Assembly (NCBI GenBank): GCA_963844715.1
Contig: CAWJPJ010000008.1
Span: forward strand, 448,001 to 512,000
Direction: 5' to 3'
From: an uncultured Phycisphaerales bacterium
GTDB taxonomy: Bacteria; Planctomycetota; Phycisphaerae; Tepidisphaerales; Tepidisphaeraceae
DNA length: 64,000 nt
Under the pieces are notes generated by a model. That model worked only from the letters and a program-made list of their open reading frames with translations, searched no databases and was not told the DNA's origin. Position numbers and translations under genes: made by a program. Numbering within the stretch: position 1 is the first letter of the stretch; every line of letters starts with the position of its first letter. Shown here one piece after another: positions 44,981 through 54,682 of this stretch.

Positions 44981-45839
44981 ATGGACGTGGAATATCGCGT
45001 GGAATTGGATGTTTACAACGGCCCGCTGGACCTGCTCCTTTACCTGATCCGCCGCGACGAACTGGACATCTACGACATCCCCATCACCAGGATTCTCGAT
45101 AGCTACATGGAATATATGGAAATGCTCCGGGGGATGGAGCGCGAAGAGGGGCTGGATATCAACGTGGCCGGGGAGTTTCTGGTGATGGCGGCGACGCTGA
45201 TGGAAATCAAAAGCGCGATGCTGCTTCCCAAGCAGCCCGCCGCGACCGGGGAGGGATCATCGGCGGCGGAGGAACTGGCCGATCCTGCGCCAGGAACTGG
45301 TTCGGCAATTGTTGGAATACAAGAAGCTCAAGGACTCCGCCGCGCTGCTTCAACAGAGACAGCAAACGCAGGAGCAGCGATTCGCGCGTTCCCCCGCGCC
45401 GCTGGCGGGGCACGCCGATGAGCCGCCGCCGCTGGATTTGGAAGAGGTGCAAATCTGGGATTTGCTGACGGCGTTTGGCCGCTTGATGCGGGAGGTGACG
45501 GTTCGCACGCCGCGCGAGCACGAGGTGATCTACGACGACACGCCGATCGATCTGCACGCCGCCGACATCATGGACCGCCTGGGCCGCGAGGGGAGATTGA
45601 CGCTGCGCGCCCTGATTCTCGGCCGGCGCAGCCGCAGCGAGATGATTGGGATTTTCCTGGCCATTCTGGAACTGATCCGCCAGAAAAAAATCGCCGTGGC
45701 GCAGTCGGCGGATTTGGGCGAGTTGGATATTGAGCCTGCCTCGCCCGTTCATCTCGAATCATCCGACGCACCGGCCCCGTCGGAACCGGTCCCGTCGGAA
45801 CCGGCCCCGGCGGCGCCGCAGCCGGAAAATCTGGCATGA
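44981..45839 (+). CDS. scpA: segregation and condensation protein A (indel near 45290)
   Basis: GPLDLLLYLI...DIYDIPI, EFLVMAATL.EIKS, FLAILEL. Confidence 0.93.
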
Positions 45840-46774
45840 AGACTTTCTGGCTGGGGCTCGTCCTGATCCTCGCCGCCGAATGCCTGCTCTTTTACGACGT
45901 TCGATCTTCAAATCGCGGCCATATTGAAAGCGAATCGGCGATTCTTTCGCTGCCGGGTCCCACTACGCCCCTGGCTTGGGCCGCGCGGTGGACCGCCGTT
46001 TACATGACGCCGATCGCGTGGTTCGGGTACCTGTTTGTTCTGGACGGGCTTCTGGCTCGCTCCAGTGCGGGAAGCCCGGCGCGGCGGCGGCCTCACGCCT
46101 TTGCTTTCTGCTGCCTGTGCAGCATCGTGATCTGGTGCGTCTTTGACGTGATCAACTTTTATTGCTTTTCCCCGCCGGCATGGACGTATATCACGCCGGT
46201 GCTGAATTGGCCGCAGCGATTTATTGGTTATGTGATCGCCTTCGCGGCCGAGCTACCGGCAATGTTCATGAGCGGACAGGTGCTCTTCGATCGGCTGAAG
46301 CTGGATCGCCTTCGCAGCCGGCCCTGGCGGTTGCCGGGTTGGGCGATGGGGGTGATCAGCGTCGCCGGAGCCGGATTGCTCGCCTGGGCGATTCTCGGAC
46401 GCAACTCCATCGCCAATTACGGCCTTTGGTGCAGCTTTTTCTTTTTGCTCGACCCGATCAATCTAAAGCTCGGCCGGCCCAGCCTTTTGAAAGATTGGCA
46501 GGAAGGCCGCTACGGCCGCACCCTCGCGCTCTTCGCCGGCGGCTTATGCTGTGGGTTCCTTTGGGAGTTTTGGAATTACTGGGCGCTGAGCAAATGGGTC
46601 TACCATCTCCCCTTTCTGGGCGGCGTCGAGCAGATCAAGTATTTCGAAATGCCGGTCCCGGGTTTATTGGGGTTCCTGCCATTCGGAGCGGCGTGTTGGG
46701 CAATGTGGCAAACCGCCGCCACACCCCTTCGCGGACTCGCCGAGCCGCTGCCGAATGACGTGACCCTCATTTAG
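45836..46774 (+). CDS. hypothetical integral membrane protein
   Basis: Multi-TM; GFLWEFWNYW, FEMP..G.LGF. Confidence 0.8.
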   Translation: MKTFWLGLVLILAAECLLFYDVRSSNRGHIESESAILSLPGPTTPLAWAARWTAVYMTPIAWFGYLFVLDGLLARSSAGSPARRRPHAFAFCCLCSIVIWCVFDVINFYCFSPPAWTYITPVLNWPQRFIGYVIAFAAELPAMFMSGQVLFDRLKLDRLRSRPWRLPGWAMGVISVAGAGLLAWAILGRNSIANYGLWCSFFFLLDPINLKLGRPSLLKDWQEGRYGRTLALFAGGLCCGFLWEFWNYWALSKWVYHLPFLGGVEQIKYFEMPVPGLLGFLPFGAACWAMWQTAATPLRGLAEPLPNDVTLI

Positions 46775-46796
46775 CTGCTATGATTGACCTCCAACT

Positions 46797-47369
46797 ATGA
46801 TCCGCTCCGCGACCATCCATGATGTTTTGCGCATCCAGGAGATCATCAACAGCCACGCCGAGCTGGGGAAGATGCTCTTCAAGAGTTTGGCGCAGATTTA
46901 CGAATCACTGCGCGATTTCGCGGTGTATGAAACCGACGGTGAGATGATCGACGGCGAGCGCTCCGGCCCTCGGCCGCGCGTGATCGGGTGCGTGGCGTTA
47001 TCGATCATCTGGGCCGATCTGGCGGAAGTGCGTTCGCTCGCCGTCGAGGAGGAGTTTCGCGGGCGGGGAGTCGGCCGGCGGCTGGTGGAATGGGCCATCG
47101 ACGAATCCCGCCGCCTGCAAATCCGAAAACTCATGGCCCTGACCTACGAACAGGCTTTTTTTGAAAAGCTGGGATTTGAAGTCGTCACCAAGGAGAGCCT
47201 GCCATTGAAGACCTGGAGCGACTGCGTGCGCTGCCCGAAGCGCGACGGGTGCGACGAGATCGCGATGGTTTATTCGCTGAAGGATGTGCCGATGATCGTG
47301 ATGCACCAGGCTCCGCCGACGCCTCGAGGAATGAGCGTGCCGGTGTTTGAGGGTCCGGTGGAAGACTAG
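46797..47369 (+). CDS. GNAT acetyltransferase (short ArgA-like)
   Basis: [27 protein letters not shown]...CDE. Confidence 0.88.
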   Translation: MIRSATIHDVLRIQEIINSHAELGKMLFKSLAQIYESLRDFAVYETDGEMIDGERSGPRPRVIGCVALSIIWADLAEVRSLAVEEEFRGRGVGRRLVEWAIDESRRLQIRKLMALTYEQAFFEKLGFEVVTKESLPLKTWSDCVRCPKRDGCDEIAMVYSLKDVPMIVMHQAPPTPRGMSVPVFEGPVED

Positions 47370-47393
47370 GTTCTTTGCGAGTACACTTTATTC

Positions 47394-48516
47394 ATGCTCC
47401 ACGAGAATCTTTCCCAATCGATCGAAGACCTTTCATCCCGGATGTTCGCCATTCGGGACTCTCTTTGACCTGCCTGCCAGGCAATCGCGCAGAAAAGAAC
47501 TGGAAACGCAGATGAGCGACGCCGGGTTCTGGAACAACCAGGACCAGGCCAAGCGCGTCGTCGCGGAAGTGAAGACGCTTAAGGCGGCGATTGAGCCGGT
47601 CGAGGAGATGCTGCGCGGGGTGGAGGACGTGCGGGCGCTGTATCAACTGGCCAAGGAAGCCGGGGACGACGCCTCGATGCAGGAGGCGGATCAAACGCTG
47701 GATCAGCTCGAGAAAAAAGCCGAAAAGGTGGAGCTGCAATCGCTTCTGGATGGAAAGAACGACCCGCGGAATTGTTTCGTGCAGATTCATGCCGGCGCGG
47801 GCGGAACCGAGGCGCAGGATTGGGCGGAAATGCTGCTGCGCATGTATCTCTATCATTTCGAGCGGCGCGGGTGGGACGTTTCGGAAGTCGATCGCAATTG
47901 GGGCGAGCAGGCGGGAATCAAGAACGTCACGCTGCTGGTCAAGGGGCAATACGCCTATGGGTATATGCGCGCCGAATCGGGCGTGCATCGGCTGGTCCGC
48001 CCCAGCCCGTTCAATGGCAGGGAAAACGGCAAACGAGCTTCGCCTCCGTCGATGTGGTGCCGGATTTTGAGGAGGACGATTCGGAAATCGAAATTCCCGA
48101 GGGCGATCTGGATATCGTGGCGTTCGTGGCGCGCCAGCGGCCCCGGCGGGCAGAACGTGAATAAAGTCGCCACCGCCGTGCGCATCACACACAAGCCGAC
48201 GGGGATTCAAGTCACCTGCTCCGTCGAGCGAAGCCAGCAGCAGAACAAGCGGCTGGCGCTGGCCCTGCTCAAAGGGCGCCTCGAGCAGATCGAGCAGGCG
48301 AAGCGCGACGAGGAACTCAAGGCGTTATACGGCGACAAGGGCTCGATCGCCTGGGGGAATCAGATCCGCAGCTATGTTCTGGACGATCGCCGCGTGAAGG
48401 ATCATCGCACAGGGGTGGAGACGACGAACGTGGAAAGCGTGTTGGATCGCGGGGAACTCGACGCGTTTATTGATGCCGAACTGCGGCGGAAAAAGAAGGC
48501 CCGGGCCGGAAAATAA
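47394..48516 (+). CDS. prfB: peptide chain release factor 2 with +1 programmed frameshift
   Basis: 24 codons then CTT TGA C (47463-47469); [31 protein letters not shown]. Confidence 0.96.
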
Positions 48517-48633
48517 GGGCGCAACGTCCCATATTCGCGCTTTGTTTGGTTCCTTAGCAATATTCAGGCGGGAAGACTCGTTAAGCGGGGCGTCCCATTA
48601 CTCGATTAGAGAAGTGGGAGACCCTGAACGACA

Positions 48634-49554
48634 ATGTCGGCACTACCGTCACGACCGCCCGCGGCCGCACCTCCGCCAAGTTCGGATGCCCTGATTCGGC
48701 AGGCCATTCGCAAAGTGGCCGCCCTCGCCACTTTGCCGCAGGTCGCCAGCAAAATTGTCCAGATCGTCGAGGACCCGCACAGCAACGCACATCATCTTAA
48801 ACAGGTAATTTGCAACGACCCCGCGCTATCGACGCGAATTCTGAAAGTGGTCAACAGCGCCTTCTACGGCCTGCCCGGGCAGGTGAATTCCGTCGACCGC
48901 GCGATCGTCATGCTGGGTTTCCGCGAGGTGAAGAATATCGCCATGGCGGCGAACCTGAGCGTGCTGTTCCGCGGCGCGGAACTGAGCGGGCCGTTCACGG
49001 CTGAGGATCTGTGGCGGCATTGCGTGGCGGTGGGCGTCGCGTCCAGGCAGTTGGCGAAAAAAACTCGCCGGCTTAATGGACGCGGCTCCGACGCATTTCT
49101 CGCCGGGCTCATCCACGACCTGGGACTTCTGATCCATCTACAAGTCAATCCGGAAAAACTCGGTCAGGTCTGCAAAACCGCCCAGGAGCAAATCCTGGCC
49201 GGGTCGCAAACCGTCAATTTCTGCGCCCTGGAGCGCAACATCATCGGGGTCGATCACGAACAACTCGGCCAGGCGATGACCGAATATTGGCGCTTCCCGG
49301 AAGAATTCCAGCAGGTGGTCGGATTTCATCATCATCCCAAGCTCTCTCGGAGCGATACGCGCGAGATCGTCAATCTGGTTTATGTGGCCGACACGCTGGT
49401 TTGCCGAATGGACGACTGTTTCAACGCCACGGCACGGTGCCAGCAGTGGGACCAGGCCGTGCTCGAAGAGCTGGGTCTGGACGAGGCGAAGATTCAGGGC
49501 GTGTTTGCGGAGCTTCCGGAGATGATTTCGGATGCGGCGGCGATCTTTAAATAA
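48634..49554 (+). CDS. HDOD domain protein
   Basis: DPALSTRILKVVNSAFYG, LWRH, AGLIHDLG, DH..LG. Confidence 0.92.
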   Translation: MSALPSRPPAAAPPPSSDALIRQAIRKVAALATLPQVASKIVQIVEDPHSNAHHLKQVICNDPALSTRILKVVNSAFYGLPGQVNSVDRAIVMLGFREVKNIAMAANLSVLFRGAELSGPFTAEDLWRHCVAVGVASRQLAKKTRRLNGRGSDAFLAGLIHDLGLLIHLQVNPEKLGQVCKTAQEQILAGSQTVNFCALERNIIGVDHEQLGQAMTEYWRFPEEFQQVVGFHHHPKLSRSDTREIVNLVYVADTLVCRMDDCFNATARCQQWDQAVLEELGLDEAKIQGVFAELPEMISDAAAIFK

Positions 49555-49614
49555 GCATATAGCGACGGAGAGACAAAGGGACGGAGAGACGAAGTGGGGG
49601 GTCGCCGCGGCGAT

Positions 49615-50997
49615 CTAGCAGGACGCTGAAAAACCCTCTTGACGAATGTTCTCGGTGGCGCTGAACTGTGTGACACCCAGACACGGAGGTCATTCATGCG
49701 AGGCAAGGCCGATCCCCAATCCATTTTGTTCATCGCGGCCATCGATCTGGAACAACGCGTCCGTCCTGATCATCCGCTGCGGGCCGTGAAGTGCATGGTC
49801 GATGAAGACTTGAAGGCCATGAGTCGGCGTTTTGATGCCGCCTACGCGGCCGAAGGCCGGCCCAGCGTGCCGCCGGAGCGGCTGATCAAGGCGTTGCTTT
49901 TGCAATCGATCTATTCGATTCGCTCCGAGGCGCAGCTCGTGGAACGGATTGATCACGACCTGCTGTTCCGTTGGTTTTTGGACCTGCGGATCGACGAAGA
50001 GGTATTCGACGCCACCGTCTTCTCGCACAATCGCGGGCGGCTGGAAGAGCACGGGCTGATCGGCGCGTTTTTCGACGGCACGGTGCGTCGGGCCATCGCC
50101 GCGGGACTGGTCAGCCCCGACCACTTCTCGGTGGATGGCTCGCTGATCGAGGCGTATGCGTCGATCAAGAGCTTCAAACCCAGGGATGAAAAGGACAAAA
50201 AAGACAATGATGCGGGAGATAACAACGGTTTTAAGGGCCGCAACGCCGAGGTGGACTTCCACGGCCAGAAGCGGTCCAACGACACCCACGAATCAACCAC
50301 CGATTCCGACGCGAAGCTGGTCCGCAAGAGCGACGGCAAGCCGGCGTTGCTCAGCCATGCGCTGCACGCGATCGTGGAGAACCGCCACGGGCTGGTGCTG
50401 GCGGTGGAAGTCAACTCGCCGCTGGAGAACAGCGAGCCGGTCACCGCGTTGTCGCTGATCGATCGGGTCAAGAAACGTTTTGGGCTCAAACCCAAGACGG
50501 TTGGGGCCGACAAGGGGTACGACCAGGGTCCGCTGTTGCGTGGGCTGGAGCGAAGAAGAATCCGTCCGCACGTGGCGGTGAAGGAGGGCAAGATCGGCGG
50601 CGACACCGCCGCCTATCGCTGGAAGAACCGAGCCAACATCGCGGCCCGCCAGCGGATGCGTCGGCGCGCGAAGACCCTCGGTTACGCCATCAGCCAGCGT
50701 TGCCGCAAGAAGATCGAGGAATGGATCGGCTGGGCCAAGACGATCGGCGGCCTGTATCGCACCCGGTTGATCGGACATTCAAAAACCGGCCAGCAGGCCC
50801 ACCTGGCCGGGGCGGCGTTCAATCTGATCCGGATGCGCAACCTGAGTACCGTGTGAAACTCAACCTGGGCATGCAATCCGCCAACGAACTCGAACGAACT
50901 GAAGCCCTTGGAACGATCCGAGATGGAACCCGCCATTGAAAAGCGGCCAACAGACAGGAAAATGCGCCAACTCCCGAGTTTTTCAGCGTCCTGCTAG
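49615..50997 (+). mobile_element. IS5/IS1182-like insertion sequence
   Basis: TIR CAGGACGCTGAAAAAC / GTTTTTCAGCGTCCTG with CTAG at both ends. Confidence 0.93.
49696..50856 (+). CDS. DDE transposase with DUF772-like N-terminus
   Basis: DHPLR, GRPSVPPERL, LLFRWFL, VDGS, ADKGY, RKKIEE; GGAGG RBS. Confidence 0.93.
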   Translation: MRGKADPQSILFIAAIDLEQRVRPDHPLRAVKCMVDEDLKAMSRRFDAAYAAEGRPSVPPERLIKALLLQSIYSIRSEAQLVERIDHDLLFRWFLDLRIDEEVFDATVFSHNRGRLEEHGLIGAFFDGTVRRAIAAGLVSPDHFSVDGSLIEAYASIKSFKPRDEKDKKDNDAGDNNGFKGRNAEVDFHGQKRSNDTHESTTDSDAKLVRKSDGKPALLSHALHAIVENRHGLVLAVEVNSPLENSEPVTALSLIDRVKKRFGLKPKTVGADKGYDQGPLLRGLERRRIRPHVAVKEGKIGGDTAAYRWKNRANIAARQRMRRRAKTLGYAISQRCRKKIEEWIGWAKTIGGLYRTRLIGHSKTGQQAHLAGAAFNLIRMRNLSTV

Positions 50998-51043
50998 AGG
51001 GTCGACAGTTGAGAGTAGAAAGCGGAGAAGACGGCGGGGCTTT

Positions 51044-51850
51044 TTATTTCGCCAAGCGAGCGACTAGGCGCCAGACCTGGTGGGGGCCGAGGGGTCTTGC
51101 GCGGGTTTTGTTGAAATCGTTTACAAGCTGATCGAACCGCGGGGTGTAGGGGAGGCGGTCGCGTTTGCCTATGTCTTGGCCTAGGAGTTGTTTTAGGGCT
51201 TCTTGTTGTTCGGGGGTGAGGCGCGGGGGCGGGCCGGTGGCGGGGCCTAGGCGGGGGAGTTTGCCGGCTTTGCGGAGGTTGAGGAGTTGGCGCCAGACTT
51301 CGCCGCGGGTGGGGTGGGGAGTTTGTTTGGCGGCGTAGAGGCTCCAAAGCTTTTCGAATTGAGGCGTGTAGGGGAGATCGTCGGCGGTTCGCGCGATTTT
51401 TTGATAGAGGTCGATCAGCAGATCGGGTTGTGCCGATGCCTCGGGTTCGACTCCTGCAAATAAAGCGGTCGGCGCGGCGGCGTCTTCGACCGCGGCTGAA
51501 TCGCCTGTTTCCGTTGTTCGATCCAGGAGCAATAGCACATTTCCGAATGGATCGCGCACGGCGGCCGTGTATCCGCGCGAAACGGCGCGCGGCGGATGTA
51601 CGAACGAAAGCTTCAATTCCTCCCGCCGATCGTAGAGTAGCCGAACATCATCGACGAGATAATAGACTTCCCCGCTGGTTTGATCGGGATCGGAGCGGAG
51701 GACCAGTTCGGTCGCGCCATCCGACATCAAAAAACTGGCGGCTTGCTTGTCCTGGCGGAGTAATTTCAATCCAAGCGTGTCGCGATAGTAGACGACCGCG
51801 CTTCCAAGGGCGGGAACGCTGAGGAGAATTCGGTCGATTCTACGAAGCAT
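51044..51850 (-). CDS. VOC/glyoxalase domain fused to a duplicated helical domain
   Basis: YYRDTLGL, VRDPFGN; repeats DDLPYTPQFEKL..VWRQL and DRLPYTPRFDQL..VWRL. Confidence 0.8.
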   Translation of the reverse strand: MLRRIDRILLSVPALGSAVVYYRDTLGLKLLRQDKQAASFLMSDGATELVLRSDPDQTSGEVYYLVDDVRLLYDRREELKLSFVHPPRAVSRGYTAAVRDPFGNVLLLLDRTTETGDSAAVEDAAAPTALFAGVEPEASAQPDLLIDLYQKIARTADDLPYTPQFEKLWSLYAAKQTPHPTRGEVWRQLLNLRKAGKLPRLGPATGPPPRLTPEQQEALKQLLGQDIGKRDRLPYTPRFDQLVNDFNKTRARPLGPHQVWRLVARLAK

Positions 51851-51859
51851 GATTCTCCG

Positions 51860-53038
51860 TTATTTGCCGGGGCCGTCGTCAGTATCTTCCCGCTCGACTT
51901 GTTTCTGTTCGGATTCGGATGGGGCGTGGTATCCGCCGCGGAGGACGAAGAAACCGCCGGTCAGGTTCCAGATCATTTGGGTTAGGCGGATGGACATGGT
52001 GAGGGCGAAGGCTTGGCCGACGTTGACTCCCTGCGGCACTAGCAGGTTGATGGCGAAATATTCCATGACGCCGGCGCCCTGGGGACTGATCGGGATTGAA
52101 CCCACCAAGACGAGAACGGGGACGACCATCCAGTAATAGAAGGGTTTGATCGGCAATCCAAATGCGATGCCGCAGAACATGGCCGAGGTGATCACGACTG
52201 CGTGGACGGGGAAGCTGGCGAATAGGGCGCCGATGGCGAGCAGGGGCCGGCGGCCGTAGATGTGCATGGCTTCAATCGCCTTGACGACCTGTTTTTGCAT
52301 GGGCAGGCGGGGAATCAGGAAATCCAGGCCGCTGATTCGGCGCAAAATGGGGTTGTAAAACAGGATCATCCCGACCGCGGTGAGGGCAAGGATCAGCCCG
52401 CTGGTCACGGCGACCTGGCGGCATTTGTGGATGTGCCACTGCAAGCTCGCCATGACGCCGCCAAGAATAATTAGCGCGATCAAGCCGATGGCCCGATCGA
52501 CGAGGACCGACATCACGGCGCGGGTGCGATGGTGGGTTTGCTTGGCGACATAATACATTTTGAGCGCATCGCCGCCGGTCGAACCGAGCATGAAGGTGCT
52601 GTAGAAGAGCCCGACCATGTTCAGGACGAAGGTGCGCGTCACCGGCAGGCGAATGTCCAGCGCTTTGAGTAATTCATGCCAGCGGAAGCTGGTGATGATG
52701 ATGGTGAGGGGAAAAATCGCCAGGGCGGCGGCGAGCCATTTGGGCCTCGCCTGGCGGACCATCCGGATCACGCCGATTTCGACGATCGGATGATTTGGCG
52801 GGGGCTTGACCTCATCGCGCGGGACCGCAATCGGCTTGCCGGTGCGCGGATCGAGTACGGTGAAGGTGGGATCGGTGTCCTGGGCGTTTTGCGTCAGCAG
52901 GCTCAGCGGCTTTTGGCTGAGGCTGGGCACGTAGACCTGGTCGTGCCAGGACATCTTGCTGATAACATAGAGAATTCCAAAAACGGCGATGCCCCAGCGG
53001 ACGGTGGACCAAAGGATCGGGAGTAGCTTTTTGCGCAT
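51860..53038 (-). CDS. lysylphosphatidylglycerol synthase TM / flippase-like protein
   Basis: RWHELL, STGGD..K, VDRAIGL, PISPQGAGV.E. Confidence 0.88.
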   Translation of the reverse strand: MRKKLLPILWSTVRWGIAVFGILYVISKMSWHDQVYVPSLSQKPLSLLTQNAQDTDPTFTVLDPRTGKPIAVPRDEVKPPPNHPIVEIGVIRMVRQARPKWLAAALAIFPLTIIITSFRWHELLKALDIRLPVTRTFVLNMVGLFYSTFMLGSTGGDALKMYYVAKQTHHRTRAVMSVLVDRAIGLIALIILGGVMASLQWHIHKCRQVAVTSGLILALTAVGMILFYNPILRRISGLDFLIPRLPMQKQVVKAIEAMHIYGRRPLLAIGALFASFPVHAVVITSAMFCGIAFGLPIKPFYYWMVVPVLVLVGSIPISPQGAGVMEYFAINLLVPQGVNVGQAFALTMSIRLTQMIWNLTGGFFVLRGGYHAPSESEQKQVEREDTDDGPGK

Positions 53039-53127
53039 CGAAAAGTACCCGGGCATTATCGGCAAAATCGAGGCACTTTGCCAAGCGAACCGCATCCTCT
53101 ATAGTGTGGAGGGGAACGAGGCACTGC

Positions 53128-54204
53128 ATGATTGGGCGAAAGATTTGGATCCTCGCGCTGGCTGTCTACGCCGCCATCATGATCGGCGCCCTGTTTCATG
53201 GCGGGGCGGTTGCGGGCAGCGCCGAGGAGCTGCCGGCGGTGCAATCCCTGACGGGGATGCGCCGATTTACGGGCGTGGCCATCCAGCTTCAGCGCGTCGA
53301 TTGGGTTCCGCAGTATGAAAAGTTGATCGACAAAATCGCCGACGACGGCGCCGATACCGTTTCGCTGGTCGTCGATGCGCGGCAGGAGAATTTCCAAAGC
53401 GAATTCATGTATATCGATGTCCGCAAGACTATGTCGGACGCGCAACTCGCGGAGATTATCGATCACGCCAAGACCCGGCGCCTGCGGGTGATCCTCATGC
53501 CGATCGTTTTGCTCGACGATCCAAACGACACGCACTGGCGCGGCACGCTTGACCCGAAGGACTGGCACGAATGGTTCGAGAATTACCGCGACTTGCTGAC
53601 GCATTACGCCTGGATCGCCCAGGATCATAACGTCTATATGCTGGTCGTCGGGTCGGAACTGGTCACCTCCGAGGAGCACGTCGACGAATGGATCGACACC
53701 ATCAAGGCCGTGCGCGACATTTACAAGGGGAAGCTCACCTATTCCTCCAACTGGGACCGCTATCGCAAGGTGAAGTTCTGGAAATACCTCGACGTCATCG
53801 GCATGAACAGCTACTGGACCCTGGGCGAGGATCGCAATGTGACGGTCGATGAGATCAAGCAGAATTGGCAGGATATCCAGAAGGACATGTTTAAGTTCCT
53901 CGACGAGCAGCATAAGCCGGTGATTTTGCTCGAGGCCGGGTGGTGCAGCCTGGCCAACGCCGCCAAGGACCCATGGGATTACACGCAAAAGCAGCTTGAC
54001 GCGGACAACGATCTTCAGCGGAAGTTATACGAAGGTTTTTTTGAGAGTTGGTGGGGTCAACCCAGATTGGCGGGATTTGTGATCTGGTCGATGGACCCCG
54101 GCGGCGATCCCGACGGGCGCGGATACACGCCCCAGGACAAGCCCGCCGAACAGGTCATGCGGCATTGGCTCAGCCAGCCGCGTTGGGATATCATGGTGAA
54201 GTAA
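53128..54204 (+). CDS. glycoside hydrolase family 113-like protein
   Basis: WRG, VGSEL, LTYSSNWD, D.IGMNSY, LEAG, PQDKPAE. Confidence 0.82.
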   Translation: MIGRKIWILALAVYAAIMIGALFHGGAVAGSAEELPAVQSLTGMRRFTGVAIQLQRVDWVPQYEKLIDKIADDGADTVSLVVDARQENFQSEFMYIDVRKTMSDAQLAEIIDHAKTRRLRVILMPIVLLDDPNDTHWRGTLDPKDWHEWFENYRDLLTHYAWIAQDHNVYMLVVGSELVTSEEHVDEWIDTIKAVRDIYKGKLTYSSNWDRYRKVKFWKYLDVIGMNSYWTLGEDRNVTVDEIKQNWQDIQKDMFKFLDEQHKPVILLEAGWCSLANAAKDPWDYTQKQLDADNDLQRKLYEGFFESWWGQPRLAGFVIWSMDPGGDPDGRGYTPQDKPAEQVMRHWLSQPRWDIMVK

Positions 54205-54222
54205 TTCGAGCTCCCGTCGGAG

Positions 54223-54435
54223 ATGTTTATGGTTCTCAAAGTGGTGATCGAACCGGGCGAAGATTCTGGCTTCGTCGCTCATGTCCCGGCCTTGCGCGGA
54301 TGTTGGTCGCAAGGAAAGACGCGCGATGAGGTATTGTCCAATATCCGCCAGGCGGTCGAAGCATGGCTGGAAGTCGAACAGGACAAGATGGAGCAGCCGG
54401 GTGGCGAGGAAGAAGTCGAGTTGATCACGGTATAA
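54223..54435 (+). CDS. hicB: HicB family antitoxin
   Basis: VPALRGCWSQGKT.DE...NIRQA. Confidence 0.9.
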   Translation: MFMVLKVVIEPGEDSGFVAHVPALRGCWSQGKTRDEVLSNIRQAVEAWLEVEQDKMEQPGGEEEVELITV

Positions 54436-54451
54436 GGGCTGGAATGCGCGC

Positions 54452-54676
54452 ATGCCGCAATTGCCGGTCATCAGCGGCCGCGAGGCCCGCCGGGCATTCG
54501 AAAAGGCTGGTTGGAGTTTCAACCGTCAGCGCGGAAGCCACATGATTTTGATCAAGAGTGGCGTTTCCGTGAATCTATCCGTTCCGGACCATCGTGAGTT
54601 GGATCGCGGTCTGCTTCGCGGACTAATTCGTGACGCGGGAATCACCGTCGACCAGTTCATCGAACTATTGAAGTGA
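54452..54676 (+). CDS. hicA: HicA family toxin
   Basis: RQRGSH, VPDH, GLLR.LIRDAG. Confidence 0.92.
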   Translation: MPQLPVISGREARRAFEKAGWSFNRQRGSHMILIKSGVSVNLSVPDHRELDRGLLRGLIRDAGITVDQFIELLK

Positions 54677-54682
54677 CTGTCA

